This document shows positions 54,258-64,000 of a DNA stretch of 64,000 nucleotides, in pieces. Location: positions 12,031 to 76,030 of the forward strand of contig JBCCDJ010000018.1 in NCBI GenBank assembly GCA_039030855.1, written 5' to 3'. The stretch's first letter is position 1; each line of letters opens with the position of its first letter. The stretch comes from Pseudomonadota bacterium (GTDB taxonomy: Bacteria; Pseudomonadota; Alphaproteobacteria; Rhodobacterales; Rhodobacteraceae). The notes beneath the pieces are model-generated. The model ran no database searches. It was not told where the DNA came from and saw only the letters and a program-made list of their open reading frames with translations. Made by a program: the position numbers and the translations under genes.

Positions 54258-55034
54258 CTATCGAGGTGCCATGCGAATGGCACCATCCAGCCGAATGACT
54301 TCGCCGTTCAGCATCGGATTGGCGACAATGCTCTCTACCAGCCGCGCATATTCTGACGGCTCGCCCAGCCGCGACGGGAACGGCACCTGTGCACCGAGGC
54401 TGCGCTGCGCCTCCTCTGGCAGACCCTTCAGCATCGGTGTCAGGAACAACCCCGGAGCGATCGCCATGACCCGGATGCCGGAGCGGGCAAGGTCGCGCGC
54501 CATCGGCAGGGTCAGGCCGACAACGCCCGCCTTGGATGACGCATAGGCGACCTGCCCGATCTGTCCGTCAAAGGCCGCGACGGAGGCGGTGTTGATCATC
54601 ACGCCCCGCTCGCCCTCATCATCCGCTGGATCGGTCGCCGCCATTCCTGCGGCTGCCGCAGCGCAGCAGTTGAAGGTGCCGATCAGGTTGACCTGCACGA
54701 CCTTGGCATAGATGGCGGCGTCATGGGGGTCGCCTTCGCGGGTCACGGTTTTTGATGCGGGCGCAATACCGGCGCAATTCACCAGAACCCGCTCCTGCCC
54801 ATGGGCGGCGCGCGCGGTTTCGAACCCGGCGGCCACCGATGCGGGGTCGGACACATCGACCTTGGCGAACGCGCCGCCAATCTCCGCCGCCACGGCTTCG
54901 CCCGGCTCAGCGTTCATATCGAAGAGCGTTACCCTCGCTCCGCCCGCCGCCAACATGCGCGCCGTCGCCTCGCCCAGTCCGGAGGCACCGCCGGTCACGA
55001 CCGCCGCGATCCCCTGCATGTCCATCGCCGTCAC
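54258..55034 (-). CDS. SDR-family 3-hydroxyacyl-CoA dehydrogenase-like oxidoreductase
   Basis: 258 aa with TGGASGLG, NCAG and YASSKAGVVGLTLPMARDL. The C-terminal NGEVIRLDGAIRM is typical of HSD10-like SDRs. Confidence 0.85.
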   Translation of the reverse strand: MTAMDMQGIAAVVTGGASGLGEATARMLAAGGARVTLFDMNAEPGEAVAAEIGGAFAKVDVSDPASVAAGFETARAAHGQERVLVNCAGIAPASKTVTREGDPHDAAIYAKVVQVNLIGTFNCCAAAAAGMAATDPADDEGERGVMINTASVAAFDGQIGQVAYASSKAGVVGLTLPMARDLARSGIRVMAIAPGLFLTPMLKGLPEEAQRSLGAQVPFPSRLGEPSEYARLVESIVANPMLNGEVIRLDGAIRMAPR

Positions 55035-55091
55035 TCCTTCTTTCTCTTCGTCAAATATCCCCCGCCGGGAGGCTCGCCCATCGGGCGAAAT

Positions 55092-56675
55092 TCACCGCCC
55101 GAATGCCGCTTTCATCAGCGCCTGGGTATATTCGTGCGACGGCGCATCGATCACATCCGCCGCGTCGCCGAATTCCATCACCTCGCCACGCCGCATCACC
55201 AGGACCCGATGGCTGACCGCGCGCACGACCTTCAGATCGTGGCTGATGAAGATATAGGCCAGCCCGTATTTCTGCTGCAGACCACGCAGCAGATCGATGA
55301 TCTGGGTCTGTACCGTCATGTCGAGCGCTGAGGTCGGCTCATCCAGAACCACCAGTTTCGGCTTCAGGATCATCGCGCGGGCAACCGCGATCCGCTGGCG
55401 CTGACCACCGGAGAACTCATGCGGATATCGGTCCATCGCATCCAGCGGCATGCCAACCTCGCCCAGAACCTCCGCCACGCGTTCGCGCGGCGTCTGATCG
55501 CCGGTCAGTTTGTGAACGCCCAGCCCCTCTGCGATGATCTCGAAGCAGGACATGCGCGGCGAGAGCGATCCGTAGGGGTCCTGAAAGACGATCTGCATCT
55601 CGCGGCGCAGCGGGCGCAATTCGCGCCGCTTCAACCCGTGTATATCGCGCCCCATGAAGGCGATCCGTCCCTCGCTGTCGATCAGCCGCATGAGGGCGAG
55701 CGCGATCGTGGTCTTGCCGGACCCGCTCTCGCCGACAATGCCCAGTGTCTCGCCGGCGCGGACCGAGATATCGGCCCCGTTCACGGCTTTCACATGTCCG
55801 ACCGTGCGGCGCAGCAGCCCGCGCCTGACCGGAAACCAGACCTTCAGGTTCTCGGCCATCGAAACGGTGGCAGCACCCTTTTCCACCGGATCGGGCGTAC
55901 CCGTCGGCTCCGATGCGAGCAGTTTCTGGGTATAGGCATGCTGGGGGTTGTCGAACACCTCTGCCGTCGGCCCTGTCTCGACGATGACGCCGCCCTGCAT
56001 CACGCAGACGCGATCGGCGATGCGGCGCACGATGTTCAGATCATGGGTGATGAACAGCATCGACAGCCCTTCATCGCGCTGTAGCTCTTTCAGCAGATCG
56101 AGGATTTGCGCCTGAATGGTCACGTCGAGCGCCGTCGTCGGCTCATCCGCGATCAGGAGGTCCGGCTTGTTCGCCAGCGCCATGGCGATCATCACGCGCT
56201 GGCGCTGGCCGCCCGACAATTCATGGGGGTATGATCCCAGCCGCTCTTCGGGGTCATTGATGCCGACCTTGGTCAGCAATTCGAGGATGCGCCCGCGCGC
56301 CTCCGCCCCGGTCACGCCCTGATGCAGCGCGAGGCTTTCGCCGATCTGCTTGTCGATCGTGTGAAGCGGGTTGAGCGATGTCATCGGCTCCTGAAAGATG
56401 AAGCTGACATCGTTGCCGCGCACCGCTCGCAGGCGCGTGTCCGTCGCGCCGGTCATCTCCTCCCCGTCATAGGTGACGGAGCCCGCGATGACGGCGGAGG
56501 AGGGGAGGAGCGATACGGTCGACAGCGCGGTGACCGACTTGCCGGAGCCACTCTCCCCCACCAGCGCCACCGTCTCGCCGCGTTGGATGTCAAAAGAGAC
56601 GCCCCTCACAGCCTCGGCAATGCGCCCCTCGGTCCGAAACCCGACCGTCAGGTCCTTGATCGACAATACGCTCAC
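55092..56675 (-). CDS. yejF: Peptide/microcin C-type ABC transporter, fused double ATPase YejF
   Basis: 527 aa from GTG 56675, which overlaps the yejE stop (GTGA). It has two ABC cassettes (GESGSGKSV / LSGGQRQR and GESGSGKTT / FSGGQRQR). Confidence 0.88.
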   Translation of the reverse strand: MSVLSIKDLTVGFRTEGRIAEAVRGVSFDIQRGETVALVGESGSGKSVTALSTVSLLPSSAVIAGSVTYDGEEMTGATDTRLRAVRGNDVSFIFQEPMTSLNPLHTIDKQIGESLALHQGVTGAEARGRILELLTKVGINDPEERLGSYPHELSGGQRQRVMIAMALANKPDLLIADEPTTALDVTIQAQILDLLKELQRDEGLSMLFITHDLNIVRRIADRVCVMQGGVIVETGPTAEVFDNPQHAYTQKLLASEPTGTPDPVEKGAATVSMAENLKVWFPVRRGLLRRTVGHVKAVNGADISVRAGETLGIVGESGSGKTTIALALMRLIDSEGRIAFMGRDIHGLKRRELRPLRREMQIVFQDPYGSLSPRMSCFEIIAEGLGVHKLTGDQTPRERVAEVLGEVGMPLDAMDRYPHEFSGGQRQRIAVARAMILKPKLVVLDEPTSALDMTVQTQIIDLLRGLQQKYGLAYIFISHDLKVVRAVSHRVLVMRRGEVMEFGDAADVIDAPSHEYTQALMKAAFGR

Positions 56676-57730
56676 TGAAAGGTCTTCCTCGGATCGAACG
56701 CATCGCGCACCGCCTCGAAGATGAAAACGAGGAGCGAGAGCATGATCGCGAATGTCAGGAACGCCGTGATGCCGAGCCACGGTGCCTGCAGGTTGTTCTT
56801 CCCCTGCAAAGCCAGATCGCCAAGCGAGGGATAGGACGCCGGCAGGCCGAGGCCCAGAAAATCAAGCGAGGCGAGGATCGACACGGACCCTGCCAGCAGA
56901 AACGGCATGATCGTGAGGGTCGCGACCATCGCGTTTGGTAAAAGATGCCGGAACATGATCGGCCAGTCGCTGACGCCGAGCGCCCGCGCTGCGCGGACAT
57001 ATTCAAAATTTCGCGCCCGCAGAAATTCTGCCCGCACCACGCCCACAAGCGCCGTCCAACTGAAAAGCGTGAGCAGGAACATCAGGATCCAGAAATTCGG
57101 GGTGATGATGGCCGAGACGATGATAAGGACATAAAGCGTCGGGATGTTCCCCCAGATCTCAACAATCCTCTGGAAAGTCAGATCCACCCAGCCGCCGAAG
57201 AACCCCTGCGTCGCGCCCGCAAGGATGCCGATCAGCGAGGCCATGATGGTCACGGAAAACCCGAACAGGACCGATATGCGAAATCCGTAGATGACCCGCG
57301 CCAGCACATCGCGTGTCTGGTCATCCGTGCCAAGCCAGTTCTGGGCCGAAGGGGCCCCGGGCGCCGTCTGCACATCGTAGTTCGGGGTGTCGTAGGAAAA
57401 CGGGATCAGGGGCCAGATCATCCAGCCTGCCTCCTCTCCCTCGCTGATCTCCATGTCGCCATTGCCGCGAATGAGGTCCTGCACGAACGGGTCGGTATAG
57501 TCCGGCTCCGTCGCGAAATCGCCGCCGAAATATGTCTCCGGATAGAAGGTGATCAGCGGCGAATGCAGCTCCCCCTTGAAGGACAGGAGGAGCGGTTTGT
57601 CATTGGCGACCAGTTCGGCGAAAAGCGAGATCAGAAACAGCGCGAGAAAGATCCAGAGCGACCAGTACCCGCGCCGGTTAGCCTTGAAATTCCGCCAGCG
57701 CCGCTGACCGATCGGGGACAGCTTCATCAT
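56672..57730 (-). CDS. yejE: ABC transporter permease YejE
   Basis: 352 aa. The N-terminus [39 protein letters not shown] is characteristic of YejE. It has an ATGA overlap with yejB. Confidence 0.88.
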   Translation of the reverse strand: MMKLSPIGQRRWRNFKANRRGYWSLWIFLALFLISLFAELVANDKPLLLSFKGELHSPLITFYPETYFGGDFATEPDYTDPFVQDLIRGNGDMEISEGEEAGWMIWPLIPFSYDTPNYDVQTAPGAPSAQNWLGTDDQTRDVLARVIYGFRISVLFGFSVTIMASLIGILAGATQGFFGGWVDLTFQRIVEIWGNIPTLYVLIIVSAIITPNFWILMFLLTLFSWTALVGVVRAEFLRARNFEYVRAARALGVSDWPIMFRHLLPNAMVATLTIMPFLLAGSVSILASLDFLGLGLPASYPSLGDLALQGKNNLQAPWLGITAFLTFAIMLSLLVFIFEAVRDAFDPRKTFQ

Positions 57731-58803
57731 CGACCCTCGAAATCGATTCGGGGATCGATCTGCACATAGACGAGATCAGTGATCAGGTGCATCACGAGGC
57801 CGATCAGACCAAAGAGATAGAGGGTGCCGAACACCACGGGATAATCGCGGTTGATGATGCTCTCATAGCCAAGCAGCCCGAGCCCATCGAGCGAGAAGAT
57901 CGTCTCGATTAGAAGGCTGCCGGTGAAGAAGATCGAAACGAACGCGGCGGGGAAGCCCGCCACCACGATTAGCATCGCATTGCGGAACACATGGCCGTAA
58001 AGAACGGTGCTTTCCTTCAGGCCCTTGGCCTTGGCGGTCACGACATATTGCTTGCCGATCTCGTCGAGGAAGGAGTTTTTCGTCAGCAGTGTCAACGTCG
58101 CGAAGCCTGAGATTGCCATCGCCAGAACCGGCAGCGCGATATGGTGGAAATAGTCGATTAGCCATTCTAACGTGGACATGTTCTCCGCCCCGGATGAGCC
58201 GAGCCCGCGCAAGGGGAACCATTGGAAATAGCTGCCGCCCGCAAAGAAGATCAGCAGCATGATCGCGAACAGAAAACCCGGGATCGCGTAGCCGATAATG
58301 ATCACACCGGATGTCCATGTATCGAAGCGCGAGCCATCGCGCACAGCCTTGCGGATGCCGAGCGGGATAGAGATCAGATAGCTCAGCAATGTCGTCCAGA
58401 TGCCAAGCGAGATGGAGACCGGCATTTTTTCGAGGATCAGGTCGATGACCGAAACCGACCGAAAATAACTTTCGCCGAAATCGAACTGGATATAGTTCCA
58501 GACCATGTTCGCGAACCGCTCCAATGGCGGCTTGTCGAAACCGAACTGTCGTTCAAGTTCGGCAATGAATTCCGGGTCGAGGCCCTGCGCGCCCTTGTAT
58601 TGCCCTTCGCCCGACTGTGCGATGCCATCGCCGCCGCCGCCCGCGAACCGTTCTGTCGCTCCGCCTGAGGCATTGGTCAGTTCGGCAATCACCTGCTCAA
58701 CCGGGCCGCCGGGGGCAAATTGGATGATCGCGAAATTGATCGCCATGATCCCCAGAAGCGTGGGGATGATCAGGATCAGACGTCTGAGGATATAGGAAGC
58801 CAT
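57727..58803 (-). CDS. yejB: ABC transporter permease YejB
   Basis: 358 aa. The N-terminus [42 protein letters not shown] is characteristic of YejB. Confidence 0.9.
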   Translation of the reverse strand: MASYILRRLILIIPTLLGIMAINFAIIQFAPGGPVEQVIAELTNASGGATERFAGGGGDGIAQSGEGQYKGAQGLDPEFIAELERQFGFDKPPLERFANMVWNYIQFDFGESYFRSVSVIDLILEKMPVSISLGIWTTLLSYLISIPLGIRKAVRDGSRFDTWTSGVIIIGYAIPGFLFAIMLLIFFAGGSYFQWFPLRGLGSSGAENMSTLEWLIDYFHHIALPVLAMAISGFATLTLLTKNSFLDEIGKQYVVTAKAKGLKESTVLYGHVFRNAMLIVVAGFPAAFVSIFFTGSLLIETIFSLDGLGLLGYESIINRDYPVVFGTLYLFGLIGLVMHLITDLVYVQIDPRIDFEGR

Positions 58804-58851
58804 TGGCGACAGATTTGCGGCTCGCGTCGCCGGGGGTCAAGGGGGATGGCG

Positions 58852-59367
58852 CTATTCTTCCTCAGGTAACGTAATCTTGGGACCAAGCGAGGCAATCACC
58901 TCGCGTGCATCATAGCTGTCATCGCCGACCGGGCGGGGCCCCTGGAAGGTTCTGATCTCGGCGAAGGCCTCATAGCGGCGCACGGGCACTGCGTCATATG
59001 TTCCAAAGGTCGGAAACAGACCGGCATGGAAGCGCGCACCATGGCGGCGCGGGAAGAGCCGTGGATGATGCCCGAAACCGGTGCCGACATAGGTGGTGTG
59101 CACTTCCGTATCGCGGTCGACAATCACGAAGCCCTCCGCGCCGCTGTCGAGGGTGACTTCCGCCGCGCGGTAGAGGACATAAAGTTCCACTGTCTCGCGG
59201 GTGGTGCGCGAATTCCCCTTGAAGGACACGCGGTGGCGATCTGCGGCAATGGTGGCATCGGCAAATCCCCGGCCAGCCTCGCCTGCCGGTTGGTAAGGCG
59301 TTGGCGTGGTGCAGGCGACCAGCAGCGCTGCCAGCGGCATAAACAGCAGTCGTTTCAGCGTCAGCAT
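58852..59367 (-). CDS. Hypothetical lipoprotein
   Basis: 171 aa with lipobox LLVAC-T. The block FKGNSRTTRETVELYVLYRAAEVTLDSGAEGFVIV resembles small alphaproteobacterial lipoprotein families, but I cannot name the family confidently. Confidence 0.65.
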   Translation of the reverse strand: MLTLKRLLFMPLAALLVACTTPTPYQPAGEAGRGFADATIAADRHRVSFKGNSRTTRETVELYVLYRAAEVTLDSGAEGFVIVDRDTEVHTTYVGTGFGHHPRLFPRRHGARFHAGLFPTFGTYDAVPVRRYEAFAEIRTFQGPRPVGDDSYDAREVIASLGPKITLPEEE

Positions 59368-59503
59368 GTCTTCGCCTCTCCATCCCTTCCCGACAGATAT
59401 GGGGTGGGTTCCGCCCCGGTGAAAGGCGGCTCATCATTCCTGTCAGGAACTGTCAGCAAGGGGTGCTATGCCAAGGTCGAATTCAGGAAAGCAGGTGGAT
59501 ATC

Positions 59504-60052
59504 ATGGCACGAGGGACCAGACTGAACGGCAGTTTTCGCCGGTTTATCGAAGCGCAGCGCATGTTTTTCGTCGCGACGGCCGCGCCGGATGGGCGGGTGA
59601 ACGTCTCGCCCAAGGGCATGGATAGTCTGCGTATTCTGGGCGACAGCACAGTTCGCTGGCTCAACCTGTCGGGCAGCGGCAACGAGACTGCGGCGCATCT
59701 GCGCGAGGATGCGCGCATGACATTGATGTTCTGCGCCTTTGAAGGCGATGCGCTGATCCTGCGCCTTTACGGCTCGGCCCGCGTCATCCATCCGCGCGAC
59801 GCCGAATGGGACGATGCGATCGCCGACTTTCCCCAGATGGCGGGCACGCGGCAGGTGTTCGATCTGACCATCGATCTGGTCCAGACCTCCTGCGGCATGG
59901 GCGTCCCGCTGATGGACTACCGCGCGGATCGGGGGGCGGCGGAGCTGCTGCCCTATTTCGACGACCTTGGGCCGGATGGCGTTACGGCGTTCTGGCGACG
60001 CAAGAACGTGGTCAGCTTAGATGGCAAACCGACCGGCGTGATAGCCGATTGA
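59504..60052 (+). CDS. Pyridoxamine 5'-phosphate oxidase family (FMN-binding split barrel) protein
   Basis: 182 aa from ATG 59504. It has the pattern FFVATAAPDGRVNVSPKG ... RMTLMFCAFEG ... LRLYG. It is the only plus-strand gene inside the yej region. Confidence 0.8.
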   Translation: MARGTRLNGSFRRFIEAQRMFFVATAAPDGRVNVSPKGMDSLRILGDSTVRWLNLSGSGNETAAHLREDARMTLMFCAFEGDALILRLYGSARVIHPRDAEWDDAIADFPQMAGTRQVFDLTIDLVQTSCGMGVPLMDYRADRGAAELLPYFDDLGPDGVTAFWRRKNVVSLDGKPTGVIAD

Positions 60053-60066
60053 TCACATGCTGCTGA

Positions 60067-61899
60067 TCATTGCCGGGCCGCCGTCAATTCTGCCTCTTTG
60101 TCCGGATCAATCCACCAGGTATCGACGATGGAACGGGCAAAGGGCGGCTTGAACTCGGGCCTGCCGAATTTGTCCCAATAGGCTATCGTATGGGTCCCCT
60201 TGGACCATTGCGGCACCCAGACATGGAGGCTGCGCAACGCCCGGTCCAGCGCGGAAATGGCGGTCGCATGGTCCTCTGCCGATTTCGCACCGATCACGGC
60301 CTCGACCAAGGCATCGATGGCCGGGTTACTGATCCCGGCAAGGTTAAGGGTATTGGGCGCTTCGGCGGCAGCGCTGGTGAAGAGGTTCTTCAATGCCACC
60401 CCGGGGGTCGGAGCCATGGGCATGCGCGCGATTGTGATGTCGAAATCGTAATTCTTCACACGCTCCTGCAACTGCGCGGCATCAATGGTGCGCATCTCGG
60501 CGTCGATACCAAGCTGGCGCAGATTGCGAATGTAAGGTCCGGTGATCCGCTCGAAAGCCGGGCTGTCATCAAGGAACTCAACCGACAGCGTCTCGCCCGT
60601 CGCATTGCGCCGCAATCGGCCCTCGCCGATTTTCCACCCGGCCTCATCCAATAGCGCACCGGCAGCGAGTAATTCGCGCCGGAGACGGCCAGAGCCATCG
60701 GTTTTCGTGGGCACGAATGCCTCCCCAAACGCGGCCTCCGGTAGGTGCTCGCGCAGCGGGTCGAGCAAGAGAAGCTCCGCCTCGGTCGGCACGCCACTGG
60801 CGGCGAGGGGAGAGCCCTGAAAGAAGCTCGTCGTGCGCGAATAGAGGTCGTAAAACAGCGTCCGGTTAGACCATTCGAAATCGAACACCATGCCGATAGC
60901 CCGGCGCACCTTCGGGTCCTGCAGAATCGGGCGGCGCATGTTCAGCCAGTAGCCTTGCGTGCCCGACGGGCGCCCATCGGGCAGGACATCGCGTATGACC
61001 CAGCCCCGGTCAACGGCGGGGAAATCATAGCCGGTCGCCCAGAGCTTCGAGAAAAACTCCTCATGCATCTCGTATTCGCCCGACTTGAACGCCTCGAAGG
61101 CGGCAGTCGAATCCTTGAAATATTCGTAGCGCAGCGTGCCAAAATTCCAGCGCCCGACATTCACTGGCAGATCGCGACCCCAGTAATCCTCACGCAATTC
61201 ATAGGTGATGTAGGTGCCCGGACGCACATCGCCGATCCGGTAGGGGCCCGAGCCCATCAGGGGTTCCAGCGTGCTCTCGCCGAACGCCTTGCCGTTCCAC
61301 CAGGCCTCTGGAAGAATCGGAATGGAGCCGGCGAGCATTGGAAGATCGCGGGTCGATGCGCCATCCTTGAAATCGAAACGCACCCGGTCCGGCGCAAGGG
61401 CGGTGGCGCTTTCAATCGCGTCGTACTGGATCTTGTAGCTCGGCGCGCCCTCGTCGCGCAGGATGTTCAGTGAAAAGACGACGTCACTGGCCGTGACCTT
61501 CGTGCCATCGGCAAAGCGCGCCTCATCGCGGATGGTGAATTCCGCCCAGGATCGGTCTTCGGGATAGGTGATGCTTTCAGCCAGAAGGCCATAGACCGCG
61601 TCCAGTTCATCTGCTGCCGAGACCATCAGCGTCTCGAAAACGAAAAGCTGCACCTCCAGCGCTGCCTCGCCCTTGAAGATGAAGGGATTGAGGCTGTCAT
61701 AGGTCTTGGCGGCGAAGGTCGAACGGGTCTTCAGAAGGCCGCCTTTTGGGGCTTCCGGGTTCACATAGTCGAAATGCGAGAAATCCGCCGGGTACTTCAG
61801 CTCCCCAAAGGCGGAGACGCCGTGGGAGGTGATCGTCTCCGCGCGGGCGGGCAGTGCGGCGAGGAGAAGCGCAGCCGCGCCAATCAGAGCCCCCCTCAC
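60067..61899 (-). CDS. yejA: YejA-like extracellular solute-binding protein (family 5), copy 2
   Basis: 610 aa from GTG 61899, which overlaps the upstream stop (GTGA). It has a signal peptide ending ALPARA and the YejA N-block HGVSAFGELKYPADFSHFDYVNPEAPKGG. The track start at 62058 was rejected. Confidence 0.85.
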   Translation of the reverse strand: MRGALIGAAALLLAALPARAETITSHGVSAFGELKYPADFSHFDYVNPEAPKGGLLKTRSTFAAKTYDSLNPFIFKGEAALEVQLFVFETLMVSAADELDAVYGLLAESITYPEDRSWAEFTIRDEARFADGTKVTASDVVFSLNILRDEGAPSYKIQYDAIESATALAPDRVRFDFKDGASTRDLPMLAGSIPILPEAWWNGKAFGESTLEPLMGSGPYRIGDVRPGTYITYELREDYWGRDLPVNVGRWNFGTLRYEYFKDSTAAFEAFKSGEYEMHEEFFSKLWATGYDFPAVDRGWVIRDVLPDGRPSGTQGYWLNMRRPILQDPKVRRAIGMVFDFEWSNRTLFYDLYSRTTSFFQGSPLAASGVPTEAELLLLDPLREHLPEAAFGEAFVPTKTDGSGRLRRELLAAGALLDEAGWKIGEGRLRRNATGETLSVEFLDDSPAFERITGPYIRNLRQLGIDAEMRTIDAAQLQERVKNYDFDITIARMPMAPTPGVALKNLFTSAAAEAPNTLNLAGISNPAIDALVEAVIGAKSAEDHATAISALDRALRSLHVWVPQWSKGTHTIAYWDKFGRPEFKPPFARSIVDTWWIDPDKEAELTAARQ

Positions 61900-63743
61900 A
61901 GCGCCGCCTCGACCTTGGCAGCCTTTTCCTCGTCCCACCACCAGACGGTCGGGAAGGCCGGACCGCGCGGGGGCAACGGATCGGGATGGCCGAACCTGTC
62001 CCACCAGGCGATCCGCTCGAATGGTGTGTAAAGCTGCGGGATCATGTAATAATTCCACATCAACACCCGGTCGAGCGCCCGCGATGCAGCCTCCAGCTCA
62101 GCCCGGTCCTTCGCAAAGATGATCTTCTCGATCAGCGCATCCACCGCCGGATCGGCAACACCGCCCACATTGCGCGCGCCGACCTTGTTTGCCGTCTCTG
62201 AGCCCCAGAATTCCCGCTGCTCGTTTCCGGGGCTTTCGGAATTGCGCACGCCCCAGATGATCATGTCCCAGTTGAAACTGTCATCCTGCTGAACCCGCCG
62301 GATATATTGCGGCCCGTCGACAATCCGAAAACTGGCATCAATGCCCAGTTGTTCGAGGTTCTTGATGAAAGGATTGATGACCCTGGACTGGGTGTCCTGC
62401 GCGGACAGAAATTCAAGCGTGAAAGGCTGTCCATCCGGCCCTTTCAGCGCGCCGCCCTCAGTGACATAGCCCGCCGCCGACAAAAGGTCTGCCGCTTTAT
62501 TCAACTCGCGCCGGATGCGGCCCGACCCGTCGGTTTTCGGAGGCTCATATGCTTGGCCGAAAACCTCTTCTGGGACCTGACCGCGCAAAGCCTCCAGCAT
62601 GGCAAGCTCAGCGCCTTCGGGTGCGCCGGCCGGCATCAGGCTTTCGGTGCCCTGGAAATAGCTGCGCGGACGCGCGTATTGGCTGAAATAGATGGCCTTG
62701 TTGGTCCGCTCAAAGTCGAAGGCGAGCGATATCGCCTCCCGCACGCGCCGATCCTGGAATTTCGGGCGGCGCAGGTTGAAGGCAAAGGTCTGGGTCTGTT
62801 TTGGTCCCTCGGTTTCAATCTCCTCGCGTTGCACCAGTCCTCTGCCAACGGCGGGAAAATCGTATTTCTCCGCCCATGTCGAAGCGGAGTTCTCGGCCCG
62901 AAAATCGAACTCACCTGATTTGAAAGCCTCGAAGGTGGCCGTCCCGTCGAGGAACACCTCGTAGCGGATCGCGTCCATATTGTTCAGGCCGCGATTGACT
63001 GGCAGATCGACGCCCCAGTAATCGGCAACCCGATCGTACTGGATAAATCTTCCCGGCTCGAACGCACCGATTCTATAGGGGCCTGAGCCGAGGGGTACCT
63101 CAAGCGAGCTCTCATCGAAGGCTCGCCCCTCCCACCAGTGTTTGGGCAGGATCGTCAGCTGGCCCATGATATGGGGTAACTCGCGATTGTTCTTCACGTC
63201 GAAATCGAACCGCACAACACGCTCGCCAAGGTCCCGTGCGCCCGTCACATTCGCATAGTAGAAGCGGAACTGCGGATGCCCCTTTTCGATCAGGATATTG
63301 AACGAGAAGATGACATCATCGACCGTGACCGGTGTCCCGTCATGCCATCGCGCGCCATCACGCAACTTGAAGGACGCCCATGAATAATCGTCCGGGTATT
63401 CGAACCATTCGGCCAGCAGCCCATACTGCGTCGAACCCTGATCCAGCGACGGGGTCATCAGACTGTCGTAAATGAGGCTGATGCCCGCCGGGCTGTCGCC
63501 TTTCACGATGAACTGGTTGAAACTGTCGAAGCTGTTCGCGGTGGCCAGCCTCGCGATCCCACCCTTCGGCGCGTCCGGGTTCACGTAGTCGAAATGCGTA
63601 AAATCCGGGCCGTATTTCAGATCACCGATCAGGCTTTCGCCATGGCTGCGTTTGACGTTTTGGGCGCGGGCGACGGTGGGCAGGGCAGCTGCCACGCCGG
63701 CAGCGGCGGTCAGGGCGGCGAAGTCGCGGCGGGTGATGCGCAT
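61896..63743 (-). CDS. yejA: YejA-like extracellular solute-binding protein (family 5), copy 1
   Basis: 615 aa with a Tat-like signal (MRITRRDFAALTAAAGVAAALPTVARA) and the YejA N-block HGESLIGDLKYGPDFTHFDYVNPDAPKGG. It is clearly paralogous to copy 2 along its whole length. Confidence 0.85.
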   Translation of the reverse strand: MRITRRDFAALTAAAGVAAALPTVARAQNVKRSHGESLIGDLKYGPDFTHFDYVNPDAPKGGIARLATANSFDSFNQFIVKGDSPAGISLIYDSLMTPSLDQGSTQYGLLAEWFEYPDDYSWASFKLRDGARWHDGTPVTVDDVIFSFNILIEKGHPQFRFYYANVTGARDLGERVVRFDFDVKNNRELPHIMGQLTILPKHWWEGRAFDESSLEVPLGSGPYRIGAFEPGRFIQYDRVADYWGVDLPVNRGLNNMDAIRYEVFLDGTATFEAFKSGEFDFRAENSASTWAEKYDFPAVGRGLVQREEIETEGPKQTQTFAFNLRRPKFQDRRVREAISLAFDFERTNKAIYFSQYARPRSYFQGTESLMPAGAPEGAELAMLEALRGQVPEEVFGQAYEPPKTDGSGRIRRELNKAADLLSAAGYVTEGGALKGPDGQPFTLEFLSAQDTQSRVINPFIKNLEQLGIDASFRIVDGPQYIRRVQQDDSFNWDMIIWGVRNSESPGNEQREFWGSETANKVGARNVGGVADPAVDALIEKIIFAKDRAELEAASRALDRVLMWNYYMIPQLYTPFERIAWWDRFGHPDPLPPRGPAFPTVWWWDEEKAAKVEAAL

Positions 63744-63956
63744 GGGGCAGGCTCCGTCTTCTGGTGATGTGCAAAGCTAGGGTCGGCGCAGGGTGCTGAC
63801 AAGGCGGCAATCGCGCTGATGACATGGCTGTCATCCGAAAGCCCGCAGTGCGAACCGGTGGCCAGGGCAGAAATCCGACATGGGCCGTCGCGTCCGGCTG
63901 CGCGGTGGGCTTGCAAATGGTGCCAGTTCCGAACCGGGATGAGAGGGAGCCACCGC

Positions 63957-64000
63957 ATGAAAGCCGCCGTAAACCGTGCCTTCAAGACGCCGCTGACCAT
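63957..64000 (+). CDS. Start of a probable Zn-dependent alcohol dehydrogenase/MDR-family gene (only 14 codons in window)
   Basis: ATG 63957 is preceded by GAGAGGGAG. MKAAVNRAFKTPLT matches the common MDR/ADH N-terminus. It is too short for the ORF track. Confidence 0.35.
   Translation, partial: MKAAVNRAFKTPLT

Noticed and set aside
63710-64000. 96-aa minus-strand ORF at the window edge
   Set aside because: It overlaps the yejA promoter region and is antisense to a better-supported plus-strand start (SD plus an MDR-like N-terminus at 63957). Its composition is not protein-like.
1-64000. Search for tRNA, rRNA, CRISPR arrays, IS elements, integrases, and defence or toxin-antitoxin modules
   Set aside because: I recognised no tRNA-like T-arm/anticodon architecture, no rRNA blocks, no regularly spaced direct repeats, and no transposase, integrase or known defence-gene motifs. 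The absence is by eye only and should be confirmed with tRNAscan/Infernal, ISfinder and DefenseFinder-type tools.

Overview
This is a high-GC alphaproteobacterial chromosome segment. Gene content and order suggest a Rhodobacteraceae/Paracoccaceae-type genome, but that is inference only. I call about 55 protein-coding genes. I recognised no rRNA, tRNA, CRISPR array, transposase or integrase. All reading was by eye from the sequence and the ORF track; no search or statistics were run.

Layout:
- 1-3.9 kb: 3' part of a TRAP fused permease and a convergent ankyrin-repeat gene.
- 3.9-4.9 kb: about 1 kb with no credible ORF.
- 4.9-18.5 kb: a partial flagellar cluster in two divergent, tightly translationally coupled operons. 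Minus strand: fliF-fliH(like)-fliN-fliP-fliG. Plus strand: fliL, orf240, motE-like, motA, orf853, flgF, flgG, flgA, flgH, second fliL.
- 18.9-20 kb: a stand-alone TIGR03032/DUF4915 protein.
- 20-34 kb: housekeeping genes (SDR, esterase, gshB, BON lipoprotein, yraN, rsmI, LpoA-like, glnD, small orf, murJ, rnr).
- 34-35.6 kb: a frameshifted sensor histidine kinase.
- 35.5-39.8 kb: operon of Mo-oxidoreductase, nitronate monooxygenase and serine hydrolase.
- 40-41.8 kb: mepA and a phytase-like protein.
- 41.8-42.6 kb: a lower-GC decayed gene remnant.
- 42.6-46.2 kb: putA.
- 46.4-53.2 kb: Liv-type ABC importer plus acyl-CoA synthetase.
- 53.3-55 kb: AKR and SDR.
- 55-63.7 kb: a yejABEF-type peptide importer with duplicated yejA, split by a lipoprotein gene and an oppositely oriented PNPOx gene.

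The best candidates for undescribed biology are the uncharacterised genes locked inside the flagellar operon. The main one is the 853-aa secreted AMIN-like plus helical-repeat protein between motA and flgF. The others are the 240-aa membrane/coiled-coil protein and the adjacent TIGR03032 protein.

Many long ORFs in the track are antisense GC-bias artefacts. Several track ORFs carry spurious N-terminal extensions, which I trimmed using SD sequences, stop/start overlaps and family N-termini.
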